Positions 1 to 11,747 of a DNA stretch of 64,000 nt are shown one piece after another (within the stretch, counting starts at the first letter, position 1; the number at the start of each line of letters is the position of its first letter). The stretch spans positions 121,212,001-121,276,000 of the forward strand of contig NC_086097.1 in the NCBI RefSeq assembly GCF_963921235.1, written 5' to 3'. Source of the DNA: Mobula hypostoma. Lineage: Eukaryota. A model generated the notes under the pieces. That model was not told the origin of the DNA. It ran no database searches and was given only the letters and a program-made list of their open reading frames with translations. The translations under genes were made by a program, and so were the position numbers.

Positions 1-736
1 AGGTGCAACGAGACCTGGGTGTCATTATACACCAGTCATTGAAAGTGGGCATGTAGGTACAGCAGGCGGTGAAAAAGGCGAATGGTATGCTGGCATTTAT
101 AGCGAGAGGATTCGAGTACAGGAGCAGCGAGGTACTACTGCAGTTGTACAAGGCCTTGGTGAGACCACACCTGGAGTATTGTGTGCAGTTTTGGTCCCCT
201 AATCTGAGGAAAGACATCTTTGCCATAGAGGGAGTACAAAGAAGGTTCACCAGATTGATTCCTGGGATGGCAGGACTTTCATATGAAGAAAGACTGGATG
301 AACTGGGCTTGTACTCGTTGGAATTTAGAAGATTGAGGGGGGATCTGATTGAAACGTATAAGATCCTAAAGGGATTGGACAGGCTAGATGCAGGAAGATT
401 GTTCCCGATGTTGGGGACGTCCAGAACGAGGGGTCACAGTTTGAGGATAGAGGGGAAGCCTTTTAGGACCGAGATTAGGAAAAACTTCTTCACACAGAGA
501 GTGGTGAATCTGTGGAATTCTCTGCCACAGCAAACAGTTGAGGCCAGTTCATTGGCTATGTTTAAGAGGGAGTTAGATATGGCCCTTGTGGCTACAGGGG
601 TCAGGGGGTACGGAGGGAAGGCTGGGGCGGTGTTCTGAGTTGGATGATCAGCCATGATCATAATAAATGGCGGTGCAGGCTCGAAGGGCCGAATGGCCTA
701 CTCCTGCACCTATTTTCTATGTTTCTATGTTTCTAT
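1..736 (+). mobile_element. CR1 (HER1-like) LINE, 3' end of ORF2 plus 3' UTR; young subfamily with (TTTCTATG)n tail
   Basis: ORF 69-638 has CR1 C-terminal motifs (LVRPHLEYCVQFWSP, LEFRRLRGDLIE, FFTQRVVNLWNSLP). 3' UTR GAAGGGCCGAATGGCCTACTCCTGC is followed by octamer repeats at ~713-736. Nearly identical to the copies at 14608 and 40974. Confidence 0.95.
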
Positions 737-852
737 AACTTTTCCCCACTAACTGCTGCTTTCCCAAACTTCAAATACACTATTTATTCTTAGAATGGTC
801 TACCATTTACAAACATTGCAACTTTTTGCATCTTAGAAATATATACTCATTT

Positions 853-1117
853 GGTTACTGCCTATTATGCCACTGGCATTCAGGGCAGCAAGAAGGATCT
901 CCATCTCTGTCTGTTCTTGGCTATCTTCTCTATTGTGTCCTCATGTGATTCAGGGTCCTCCTTTCTTCCTCTAAGGTATGGTGCCAAATTGTCTTTGTCT
1001 CCCAAATTTCCTCTGTCCTTCAGGGTCCAATGAAGAGCTGTCTTGATGATGAAGTTGGCCTCTCTTGTCATCATGTGCCCAACCCATCTCCAATGTTTCC
1101 TCATGATAATTATGGCT
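853..1117 (-). mobile_element. RTE-clade LINE, 3' end (continues at 11748)
   Basis: ORF 880-1104 reads IMRKHWRWVGH...ALHWT, the RTE C-terminal RWRWIGH...ALxW motif. It joins in frame with the piece starting at 11748. Confidence 0.88.
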
Positions 1118-1997
1118 GAGAATCTGGTGCAGGGGCCAGGGCTTCAGGCTCTGGGATCACTGGGATCTCTTCTGGGGGAGGTATGACCTGTACAAAAGGG
1201 ATGGGGTGCACCTGAACCTAAGGGGGACCAATATTCTTGTGAGCAGGTTTGTTAGAGCTGTTGGGGAGGGTTTAAAGTAATTTGGTAGGGGGGTGGGAAC
1301 TGGAATGATAGGACTCAGGATAGACGGATGGTAAATAAGCAAAGATAACATGCAGTCAGACTGTCAGGAAGGGCAGGCAGATGATAGGACAAAATTGCAG
1401 CCAGCAGGGTGAGTATTAGTGCATTAGGGATTCAAAATCAAAAAGGGTAGCAAATACAGTATTCAAAATGATATCTCTCTGTACACGGAGTATAAGAAAT
1501 AAGGTGGCTGATCTTGTTGCACTTTCACAGATTGTCGGGGATGATGTGGCCATCACTGAATTGAAGCTGAAGGATGGTTATAGTTGAGAGCCGAATGTCC
1601 AAGGTTACACATTGTATTGGAGGGATGGGAAGTTAGGCAGAGGGGTTGGCAGGGCTCTGCTGGCCAAGAATTACATCAAATCATCAGAAAGATGTGCCAG
1701 GATCAGAAGATGTTGAATCCTTGTGGGTTGAGTTAAGAAACTGCAAGGGAAAAAAGACCCTTGCAGTTGGGATGTGGAATACAGATTACAATGGGAAACA
1801 GTAGAGGCGTGTCTAAAGGGCAATATTATGATAGTCATGGGAGATTCTAACAGGTAGATTCTAGCAGGTAGATCGTGAAAATAGATCTTAAGAGGGTGAA
1901 TTTGTTGAATGCCTATGAGATCACTTTTTAGAACAGTGTTCAGCCTACTAGGGGATCAGCTATACTGGATTGGGTGTTAGGCAATGAACCAGAGAAG
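1118..1997 (+). mobile_element. decayed CR1: end of ORF1 esterase and APE endonuclease region
   Basis: GGATCACTGGGATCTCTTCTGG...GGGGTGCACCTGAAC (HWDLFW..DGVHLN) matches the esterase end at ~19950. Degenerate GDSN and LDWVLGNEP endonuclease motifs follow. Confidence 0.8.
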
Positions 1998-2781
1998 GTC
2001 ATACGCATTGGTGGAAGAAATCAATGGGCAGACTATTACTTAGATGGGGAGAGAATTCAAAATGCAGAGATGCAAAGGGACTTGGGAGTCCTTGTGCAGG
2101 ATATCCAAAAGGTTGACTTTCAGGTTGAGTCGGTGGTGAAGAAGGCAAATGCAATGTTGGCATTCATTTCTAGAGGTATAGAATATAAGAGCAGGGATGT
2201 GATGTTGAGGCTCTGTAAGGCACTCGTGAGACTACAATTGGAGTATTGTGTCCAGTTTGGGGCTCCTAATTTTAGAAAAGATATGCTAACATTGGAGAGG
2301 GTTCAGAAAAGATTCACGAGAATGATTCCAGGAATGAAAAGGTTACCATATGAGGAATGTCTGGCAGCTCTTGGGCTGTATTCCCTGGAATTCAGGAGAA
2401 TGACGGGGGAGCTCATAGAAACATTCTGAATGTTAAAAGGCCTGAACAGATTAGATATGGCAAAGTTATTTCCCATGGTAGTGGAGTCTAGGACAAGAGG
2501 GCACGACTTCAGGATTGAAGGACATCCATCTAAAACAGAGATGCAGAGAAATTACTTTAGTCAGAGCATGGTAAATCTGTGGAATTTGTTTCCATGAGCG
2601 GCTGTGGAGGCCAAGTCATTGGGTACACTTAAGGCAGAGATAGATAAGTTCTTGATTAGCCAGGGCATCAAAGGGTATGGGGAGAAGGCAGGGGAGTGAA
2701 GATGACTGGAAGAATTGGATCAGCCTATGATTGAATGGCGGAGCAGACTCAATGGGCCAAATGGCCTACTTCTGCTCCTGT
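1998..2781 (+). mobile_element. 5'-truncated CR1 3' fragment inserted in an older CR1
   Basis: Abrupt switch from endonuclease (NEPE) to post-RT sequence (NQWADYYLDGE). Ends in the CR1 3' UTR motif AATGGCCTACTTCTGCTCCT. Confidence 0.85.
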
Positions 2782-4950
2782 AGTTGGTTAGGGTAGACTA
2801 GGAACACAGGCTATATGGTTGGACGGCTGGGGAACAGTGGAAGACTTTCAAAGAAATTTTTCACGGTGCTCAACAAAAGTATATTACAGTTAAAAGCAAG
2901 GACAGTAAGGGTAGGCAGAGCCAGCCATGGATAACTAAGGAAATAAAGGAAGGCATCAAACTAGAAGCTTGTGTGCACAAAATCGCCAAGAGTAGTGGGA
3001 AACTGGAAGATTGAGAAAACTTTAAAAAGCAACGAAGAACCACAAAGCGATCAATTAAGAAAGGGAAGATACATTATGAAAATAAACTAGAACAAAATAT
3101 GAAAAAGGATAGTAAAAGTTATAATAATTTTATAAAGTAGAAAAGGGTGGCCAAAGTGAACGTAGGTCCCTTGGAAGACAACAATGGGGAATTGATATTG
3201 GGTAATGAGGAAAAGGCCGAGGCTTTGAATGATTATTCTGTGTTGGTTTTCACAGTGGAGGACACGTCTAACATGCCGAAGAGAGATGGTATGGATGCAA
3301 TGGGAGGTGAGGAACTCAATACAATAGCTATCACTAAAGAGGTAGTGCTGAGCAAACTTGTGGGCCTAAAGGTGGACAATTCCCCTGGTCCTGATGGAAT
3401 GCACCCCAGGGCACTGAAAGAAATAGCAGAAGTTATAGTTAAGGCTTTGGTGATAATTTATCAAAATCCGCTGGACTCTGGACAGGTCTCGGCAGATTGG
3501 AATACGGTGAATGTCACACCACCGTTCGAAAAAAGGATGTAAGCGAAAGGCAGGTAACTATAGACCCGTTAGATTAACATCTGTAGTTTGGAAAATGTTT
3601 GAAGATATCATTAAAGAGAAAAAATGAAGCATTCTGTAAAGAAATGGGTCCATCAGGCAGATGCAGCATGGATTCAGCAAAAACAGGTCCTGTTTGACAA
3701 ACTTACTGGAGTTCTTTGAGGATATAACAAGCACAGTGGATAGAGGAGAACAGGTGGACATTATTTACTTGGATTTCCAGAAGGCGTTCGATTAGGTGCC
3801 ACATAAAAGGCTTATCAATAAGATAAGGATGCGTAGAGTTGGGGGTAATGTATTAACGTAGCTAGAGAATTGGTTAACCAATAGAAAGCAGAAAGTTGGG
3901 ATACATGGGTGTTTCTCTGGTTGGCAATCAGTGGTGAGTGGTGTGCCACAGTGGTCAGTGCTGAGCTCACAACTGTTCACAATCTACATCAATGATCTGG
4001 AAGAGGAAACTGAGTGTAGTATATTTAAATTTGCTGATGACACTAAATTGAGTGGAAAAACAAATTGTGCAGAGGATAAGGAGAGTCCGCAGAGAGATAT
4101 AGATAGGGTAAGTGAGTGGGCAAGGGTCTGACGGTTGGAGTACGATGTTGGTAAATACGAGGTCATCCACTTTGAAAGGAAAAATGGAAATTAGATTTTT
4201 ATTTGATTAGTAAAAGATTGCAGCATGCTGCTGTGCAGAAGGACTTAGGAGTATTTGTTGCGTGAATTGCAATAGGTTGGTTTGCAGGAGCAGCAGGCTA
4301 TCAAGAAGGCAAATGGAATGTAGGGCTTCATTGCTAGAGGGATTGAATTTAAAAACAGGGAGGTTATGCTGCAACTGTATAGCGTACCGGCGAGGCCGCA
4401 TCTGGAGTACTGCATGCAGTTCTGGTCTCCTTACTTGAGGAAGGATATACTGGCTTTGGAGGCAGTGCAGAGGTGGTTCACCAGGTTGATTCCAAAGATA
4501 AGGGGGTTAGACTACGAGGAGAGATTGAGTCACCTGGGACTGTATTCACTGGAACTCAGAAGGATGAGAGGAGATCTTACGGAAACATATAAAGTTATGA
4601 AAGGGATGGGTAAAATAGAGGCAGGAAAGTTGTTTCCACTGATAGGTGACACTAGAACTAGGGGACATAGCCTCAAGATTCAGGGGAATTAGATTTAGAA
4701 TGGAATAAGGAGGAACTTATTTTCTCAGAGAATGGTGAATCTGTGGAATTCACTGCCCAATGAAGGAGTGTAGGCAACCTCAGTAAATATATTTAAGACA
4801 AGGTTGGATAGATTTTTGCATAGTAGGCGAATTAAGGGTTATGGGGAAAAGGCAGATAGGTGGAGATGAGTCCATGGTCAGATCAGCCATGATCTTATTG
4901 AATGGCGGAGAAGGCTCCACAGACCAAATGGCCTACTTCTGCTCTTATGC
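2782..4950 (+). mobile_element. decayed CR1 ORF2 (RT to 3' UTR)
   Basis: Fragmented ORFs 3147-3542, 3931-4131 (SGVPQ, FADDTK) and 4366-4692; 3' UTR near 4900-4950. Confidence 0.9.
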
Positions 4951-5953
4951 ACACTAGCGTTCTGAAAGAGGTAGCAGTAGAGATTGTGGAGGCATTAGTA
5001 ATGATCTTTCAAGAATCATTGGACCCTGGCATGGTTCCAGAGAATTGGTAAATTGCAGGAAGGGGTAGGGGGGAGGCAGCAGAAAGACCAGTTAGACCAG
5101 TTAGCCTGACCTCAGTAGTTGGGAAGTTGTTGGAGTCAATTGTTAAGGATGAGGTTATGGAGTACTTGATGACACAGGATAAGAGATGACAAAGTCAACA
5201 TGGTTTCCTTAGAGGAAAATATTGCCTAACGAACCTGTTGGAATACTTTGAGAACATTAAAATTAGGATAGATAAAGCGGATGCGGAGATGTTGTATATT
5301 TGGATTTTCAGAAGGCCTTTGACAAGATGCCACACATAATGCTGCTTACAAAGTTGAGAGCCGATGGTATTACAGGAAAGTTACTAACATGGTTAGAGCA
5401 TTGTCTGATTGGGAGGAGGCAGCGAGTTGGAATAAAGGGATCCTTTTCTGGTTATTGTCAGTGACTATTAGTGTTCCACAGGGGTTGGTGTTGGAACCGC
5501 TTCTTTTTATGCTGTATATCCATGTTTTAGATGATGGAATAGATAGCTTTGTTGCCAAGTCTGCAGATGATACAAAGATTGGTGGAGGGGCTGGTAGTGT
5601 TGAGGAAACTTAAAGGCTGCAGAAGGACTTAGACAGATTGGGAAAATGGGCAAGAAAGTGGAAAATGAAATATAATGTTGGAAAATGCATGGTCATGCAC
5701 TTTGGTAGAAGAAATAAGTGTGCAGACAATTTTCTAAATGGGGAGAAAATCCAAAAATCTGAGATGCACAGGGACTTTGGAGTCCTTGGACAGAACATTC
5801 TGAAGGTTAACTTGCAGATTGAGTCAGTGGTGAGGAAGGCAAATACAATGTTAGCATTCATTTCAAGAGGTCTAGAATATAAGAGCAGGGATGTGATGCT
5901 GAGGCTTTGTAAGCACTAGTGAGGCCTCACCTCGAGTATTGTGAACAGTCTTG

Positions 5954-6379
5954 TGTCACAACCACGGATTCGGCAGCACAGTAGATACGGCAATTGTGCT
6001 TGTGAATATGCACGTGTCAGCTAATTATTATTTATTTGTAATAGTATTTAACTCTGTAGTTGTTGTCGTAGTTCTCGTCGAGACTTGGACAGAGCACAGC
6101 AACACTTAGCTACCTGTTTGCATTCGGTGTTCCCTGAGAAATTAGACTTCGAGTCAACTGACTCTGAAGACTAGCGGTATTTGTTTAATGTTTAGATGTT
6201 CTTTTCAGCCACACTGTAAGCTTGGTTTTCCATTTGAGGGTTTTAGTTAACGGCCCTGTTTGGCCTAGCATTTATTGTTTAATTTTTCCTTTAACACTGT
6301 TCGCATTAAAGTCTGTGTACTATCAACCTGCTTCAGTGTCTCTCACTCCGCCTTTGGGCCACATCCAAACTGGGTAACA
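5954..6379 (+). repeat. 5' LTR
   Basis: TGTCACAACC...GGGTAACA. TATA-like TATTTAA at 6045-6051 and ATTAAA at ~6305. Direct repeat of 10631-11056. Confidence 0.95.
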
Positions 6380-6400
6380 GCAAGTCTCGACCACACAAAG

Positions 6401-7600
6401 ATGGACCCAGTGGAGAGAGAGCAGCTGACCTTGGCCGTGAGATTCATTGGTCAGGTAGGAGACAAGCTACAGGCAATGGAATCTGTTCTCAGTGTAATTA
6501 TGGAGGCAATGAAGCAGATAATCTCAGGCCAACAAGCCCAGTCTCACTTGGAGGAAAAGGTATCGTTCCTAGCCGCAATTGTTCAACAGCTCAACATAAG
6601 ACAATCGGACTCAGGTGTCTGCGATTTCCACACTCACGGCCGCTGACCACGAACTTACTGTGAACAGCCAGCATCAGCTGACAGCCATTAACATTCTCGC
6701 CAACTCAATTCAGCAGCTTCAGGCCACCTCAGTCCCACTCCCAGCATCTCGCAGATAACTCCTTTCCTGCTGCCCCAACAATTTCTGCTACTAATGCTCC
6801 CGCTCCCACGCCTGGACCAGAGCCGACTCCCACCACCATACAGGAACCGAGGATTCCACCACCAGGCAGATATTCTGCTGATCCTGATGGTTGCAGGAAT
6901 TTTATCACCCAATGCAAGCTGACATTCCAAGCCCAGCCTAGTCGTTTTGGTGGTGATGCGCGAAAATTGGCGTACATAGTCAATCTTCTTGATGGACCTC
7001 CACTCAGCCTGTTCAATGCTTTACAGGAGCAAAGATACCCCGCAGCCCAGTCATTCTGACATCAAGGAGGGTGCTTGATCTTCCAGTACGGGGTCAGGAG
7101 GCTGCCCACCAACTCTTGGACCTGCACCAAGGTAGAAGAATGGTTGAGAGTCTATGCAGTTAAATTCCATACCCTTGCAGCAGAGATGGGATGGAATGAG
7201 AAATCTCTCATCACTGCCTTCCAGCGTGGACTGAATGCAGGGATCTGGCATGAGTTTGCTGTACAGGATGAACAAGGTAGTCTGGATGACCTGATTAATC
7301 TGGCTGTTCGAGTTGACGACCGGGTAACTGAATGGCACAGGGAAAGAATATTCAAACTTCTTATGTGCTGCTTGATCACTGTCTTTCCTCACCCTCTCCC
7401 CCTCCCTCACCACCCAGCACCCAGCCCACGGAGGAGCCTATGCAAGTGGGACACATGCGCCTGTCTCAGGAGGAATGAGAGCGGCGCCGGAGAACAGGTT
7501 CCTGCCTCTATTGTGGTGATCCAGGACACTTCCGGGCGGCATGTTCCAAGCGTCCGGTAAAAGAGAATACCTGTCAGCAGGGAGGGAAATCCTGACGGGT
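6401..7600 (+). pseudogene. sushi-like gag, frameshifted
   Basis: MDPVERE start at 6401. PGRYSADPDGCRNFITQCKLTFQAQPSRF (RTL1/PEG10-type capsid segment) at ~6862-6945, YAVKFHTLAAEMGWNE, and CLYCGDPGHFRAAC zinc knuckle at ~7503-7544. Confidence 0.88.
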
Positions 7601-10600
7601 CGATTCTCTCTTCAGTCAGCTTCCCCTCATTCTGTAATGCTCGCAGCTTCCTTGTCGTGGAATTATCAGACCCATAAACTTAAAGCATTTATTGACTCTG
7701 ATGCAGCTGGGAATCTTACGGACATCTCACTCGCTCAAACATGGGGAGTTCCAACTCAGGAATTAAGAGAAAAGATCAATTTTAAGGCGCTGGACGGTCA
7801 GCCTCTGGGAACCAGCCAGATCCACCTTTCCACCCAACCCCTCCAACTGGTGCTGGAAGGCAACCATGAAGAAATACCTTTCTATCTGGTTAATTCACCT
7901 GAACTGCCACTCGTACTTGGTCTCCCCGGTTATCTCGACATAACCCATGGATCGATTGGTCTCTGAAGGTACTCCAAGAGTGGGGACTGGCATGCCTGTC
8001 TACCTGTCTGGGTCCAGCTCGAGCTCCGTTCCACGAATTCCCTCCTGTGTCAGCTAAGGATGTGCACCTGTCTGGGATTCCGGCTGAATATGCAAATTTC
8101 TTTGAGTTTCTCAGTAAAAGAAAGGCCACCACCCTGTCCCCACACCGGCCATACCACTGTGCTATAGACCTCTTACCTGGCACTAGTCCTCCCCGGGGCC
8201 GGCTCTTTTCCCACACTCGTCCTGAAATGGTGGCCATGGAGGAATATATTAAGGAGGCATTGAGCATGGGGTTTATCCGTCCGTCAACCTCGACGACAGG
8301 TGTGGGCTTCTTTCTTGTGAGCAAGCTCTGTTCCTGCATCTGTTATCGGCCCTTAAGCAACATCAATCTGAAGAACCTCTACCCTCTTCCCTTGCTGGCG
8401 TCTGCATTTGAACATCTCCAGGGAGCAACCATATTTTCCAAAATTGATCTGTGCAATGCTTACAATCTGATTCACATAAGAGAAGGGGATGAGTGGAAAA
8501 TGGCTTTCAACACCTTTAATGGCCACTATGAATACCTGCTGATGCCTTTTGGTCTGGCCAACACCCCCACTGTAATCCTCGCCTTGGTTAACGATGTGCG
8601 CAGGGACATGTTGAAGCAGTTTATGTTTGTTTCTTTAGATAACATCCATGGCTATTCCCACGCTCATCGGGAGCACATCCAGCATGTCCGGAGAGTACTC
8701 AGCCACCTTCTTGAAAAGGACCTGTATGCCAAGCTGAAAAATGTGAATTCCATAAAGACTAAGTGTTGTTTTTGGGTTATATACTTACCCCATCCAGTGT
8801 TCAAATGGACTCTGGTAAAGTTCAGGCAGTTGCAGAATGGCCCAGACTGTGAACAGTCAAACAGGTACATGGGGTCTGCGAACTTTTATCACCGTTTCAT
8901 CCGGAATTCTGGCTCTATCACGGCTCCAAATAATGCACTCACCAAGAAGACCTCGGCAGGAGTCTCTTGGACAGACGATGTCGACCAAGCGTTTTCTGAG
9001 CTAAAGTGACACTTCACCACTGCCCCGCTGCTGCAACACCCAGACCCATCTCAGCCATTCATTGTCGAGGTGGATGCATCCGATGTAGGCATTGGAGCTG
9101 TCCTCTCTCAGCGCTCATCTGCAGATAGCCAGCTACACCCTTGTGCCTCTCTTTCCCATCGCTTGACTCCAGCCGAGAGGAATTACGATGTTGGGAACCA
9201 GAAGCTTCTGGCTGGAAGGAATGGCGACACTGACTGGAGGAGGCAGAGCATCCATTCTTGATCTGGACAGATCACAAGAACATCTCCTATATTCAGGATG
9301 CTAAGAGACTTGACTCTCATCAAGCCCGGTGGGCTCTCTTCTTCACACGGTTCAATTTCGTCCTCACTTATCATCCCGGCAGCAAGAATACAAAGGCTGA
9401 CGCTCTCTCCCGGCAGTCTGACGGATCTGAGGACAATGCTGATCCAGAGCCCATTCTCCCTTGCTCGTGTATCACTGCTCCGGTGATCTGGGGAACAGAG
9501 GCAGTGGTGAGGGCCGCCCAACGATCACATCCAGGCCCGGATGGGGTACTTCCCAGCTGGCTGTTTGCCCCTGCTGCGGTACGTTCCAAAGTGTTGGAAT
9601 GGGGTCACTCCTCCCATCTGGCTAGACATCCAGGAATTCAACGGGCACAGGAGTTTATAAGGAGACAATTTTGGTGGCCATCTATGCCCCAGGATGTCCA
9701 GAACTTTGTATCTGCCTGTCCCATCTGCACTCGGAACAAGACATCACAACAGCATCCTGCCAGTCTGTTATGTCCACTGCTTGCGCCCCACCACCCCTGG
9801 TCCCACCTCTCAGTAGATTTCATCACTGGTCTGCCCCTGTCTGATAGAAACACCACCATTTTGGTCTTTGTGGATTGATTTTCCAAGGCTGCCCACTTCA
9901 TTGCCCTCCCCAGGCTCCCATCGATTCGTGAGACTGCCACACTCATTGTTCAACATGTGTTCAGGCTCCACGGTTTTCCTCAAGACATAGTGTCTGATCA
10001 TGGACCACAGTTCACTTCCTGCTTTTGGAAGGATTTCTGCTCTCTTGTAGGAGCCAGGGCAGCCTATCGTCTGGATTCCACCCCCCAATCTAATGGCCAG
10101 ACTGAGAGAGTGAACCAGGAGTTAGAGACAACCCTGTACTGTCTTGCCTCTTCCAACCCCACGTCCTGGAGCTCCCAATTAGTTTGGGCAGAGATTGCCC
10201 ACAATTATCTCCAGTCGTCCTCCACCAGTATGTCTCCCTTTGAGTGCCAGAAGGGATTCCAGCCCCCTGCTCTTCCTTGATCAGAAAATTGACGTAAAAG
10301 TTCCTGCTGTTGAACACCTGATCCAGCACTACAAGCGGACCTGGAGATGAGCCAGGGCTTATCTGCTGCATGCCCAAAAACAACATTCCCGGCAGGCTGA
10401 TAAACTCTGTCGAAAGGTAAGGCCATTCAAGCCAGGAGAGGAGGTCTGGTTGGCATCAAGGGACCTTCCCCTGAAAGTCGAGAACCGGAAATTGGTACCA
10501 CGCTACGTGGGACCGTTTGTAGTGGAAAAGGTTGTCAACAAGGTGTCCTATAGATTGTGTCTACCAGCATCACTGAAGATTCCACGTTTCCCAGCTCAAG

Positions 10601-10630
10601 CTGCTTCCAGTGGACACAGGTCTGTGGCCC
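7541..10630 (+). pseudogene. pol (protease-RT-RNase H-integrase) with multiple stops and frameshifts
   Basis: ORFs 7541-7966, 8047-9009 (FSKIDL, YEYLLMPFGLAN; catalytic YLDD decayed to SLDN), 9070-9261, 9258-9878, 9957-10280 and 10450-~10600. Confidence 0.92.
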
Positions 10631-11056
10631 TGTCACAACCATGGATTGGGCAGCGCAGTATATATGGCAATTGCGCTTTGAATATGCGCATCTCAGCTAA
10701 TTATTATTTCATTGTGATAGTATTTAACCCCATACTTGTCGTCGTAGTGCTTGTCGAGACTTGGACAGAGCACAGCAACACTTCGCTGCCTGTTTGCATT
10801 TGGTCTTCCCTGAGAAATTGGACTGTCAAGTCAACTGACTCTGAATACGAGCAGTATTCGTTTAATGTTTAGATGTTCTTTTCATCCGCAGTGTAGGCTT
10901 CATTTTCCATTTGAGAGTTTTAGTTAACAGCCCTGTTCAGCCTAGAGTTTATTGTTTTATTTTCCCTTTAATACTGTTCACATTAAAATCTGTGAACTAT
11001 CGACCTACTTCAATGTCTCTCACTCCGCACTTGGGCCATATTAGAACATGGTAACA
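10631..11056 (+). repeat. 3' LTR
   Basis: TGTCACAACC...TGGTAACA, followed by the TSD TCTTG. Confidence 0.95.
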
Positions 11057-11146
11057 TCTTGGGCTCCTTATCTAAGAAAAGATGTGCTGGTGTTGGAGAG
11101 GGTTCAGAGGAAGTTCACAAGGATGATTCTGAGTATGAAGGGGTTA

Positions 11147-11315
11147 CCCTTGGAGGGTCAGACACCCTGAGCCAATAGGCTGGTCCTGGACTTATTTCCT
11201 GGCATAATTTACATATTACAATTTAACTATTTATGGTTTTATTACTATTTAATTATTTATGATGCAACTGTAACGAAAACCAATTTCCCCTGGGATCAAT
11301 AAAGTATGACTATGA
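11147..11315 (+). mobile_element. short 3' tail of a Rex1/L2-type non-LTR element inside CR1
   Basis: Interrupts CR1 GGGTTA|TATGAGG. Ends GGGATCAATAAAGTATGACTATGA (polyA signal plus short repeat). Confidence 0.6.
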
Positions 11316-11747
11316 GGGATGTTTGATGGCTCTGGGCCTGTACTCACTGGTATTTTGAAGGTTGAGGGGGGATCTTATTGAAATCTTTCAAATATTGAAA
11401 GGCCTAGACAGAGTAGATGTAGAAAAGATGTTTCCCATTGTGGCAGAGTCAAGGATAAGAGGGCACAGCCTCATTTATAACAGAGATACAGAGAAGTTTC
11501 TTGAGCCAGAGGGTGGTGAATTTGTGGAATTTGTCACCACAGGCAGCTAGGGAGGCCAGGTCATTGGGTGTAGTTAAGGCCAAGATTGATAGGTTCTTGA
11601 TTGGCCATGGCATCAAAGGTTACAGAGAGAAGACTGGCGAATGGGGCTGAGGAGGGGGAAAAAGATCTGCCATGATTGAATGGCAGAGCAGACTCAATGG
11701 GCCAAATAGCCCAATTCTGCTTCTATGTCTTATGGTCTTTTGGTCTT

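Larger units (their letters stand above)
5954..11056 (+). mobile_element. full-span Ty3/gypsy LTR retrotransposon, Tf1/sushi (PEG10/RTL1-like) group, decayed
   Basis: Two 426-bp TG...CA LTRs with a 5-bp TSD TCTTG (5949-5953, 11057-11061). Internal gag with CCHC, then protease (FIDSDA), RT, RNase H ([12 protein letters not shown]) and integrase (HHCC, SVDFITGLP, GPF). Confidence 0.96.
4951..11747 (+). mobile_element. 5'-truncated CR1 (4951-5953 + 11057-11747) split by a Ty3/gypsy insertion
   Basis: GAGTATTGTGAACAGTCTTG at 5934-5953 resumes as TCTTGGGCTCCTTATC at 11057. Tail TATGGTCT repeats at ~11724-11747. Confidence 0.9.

Noticed and set aside
6275..10872. Domesticated PEG10/RTL1-like gene
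   Set aside because: Both LTRs and a TSD are present, frames are broken by many stops, and the RT catalytic motif is decayed: an ordinary dead retrotransposon.
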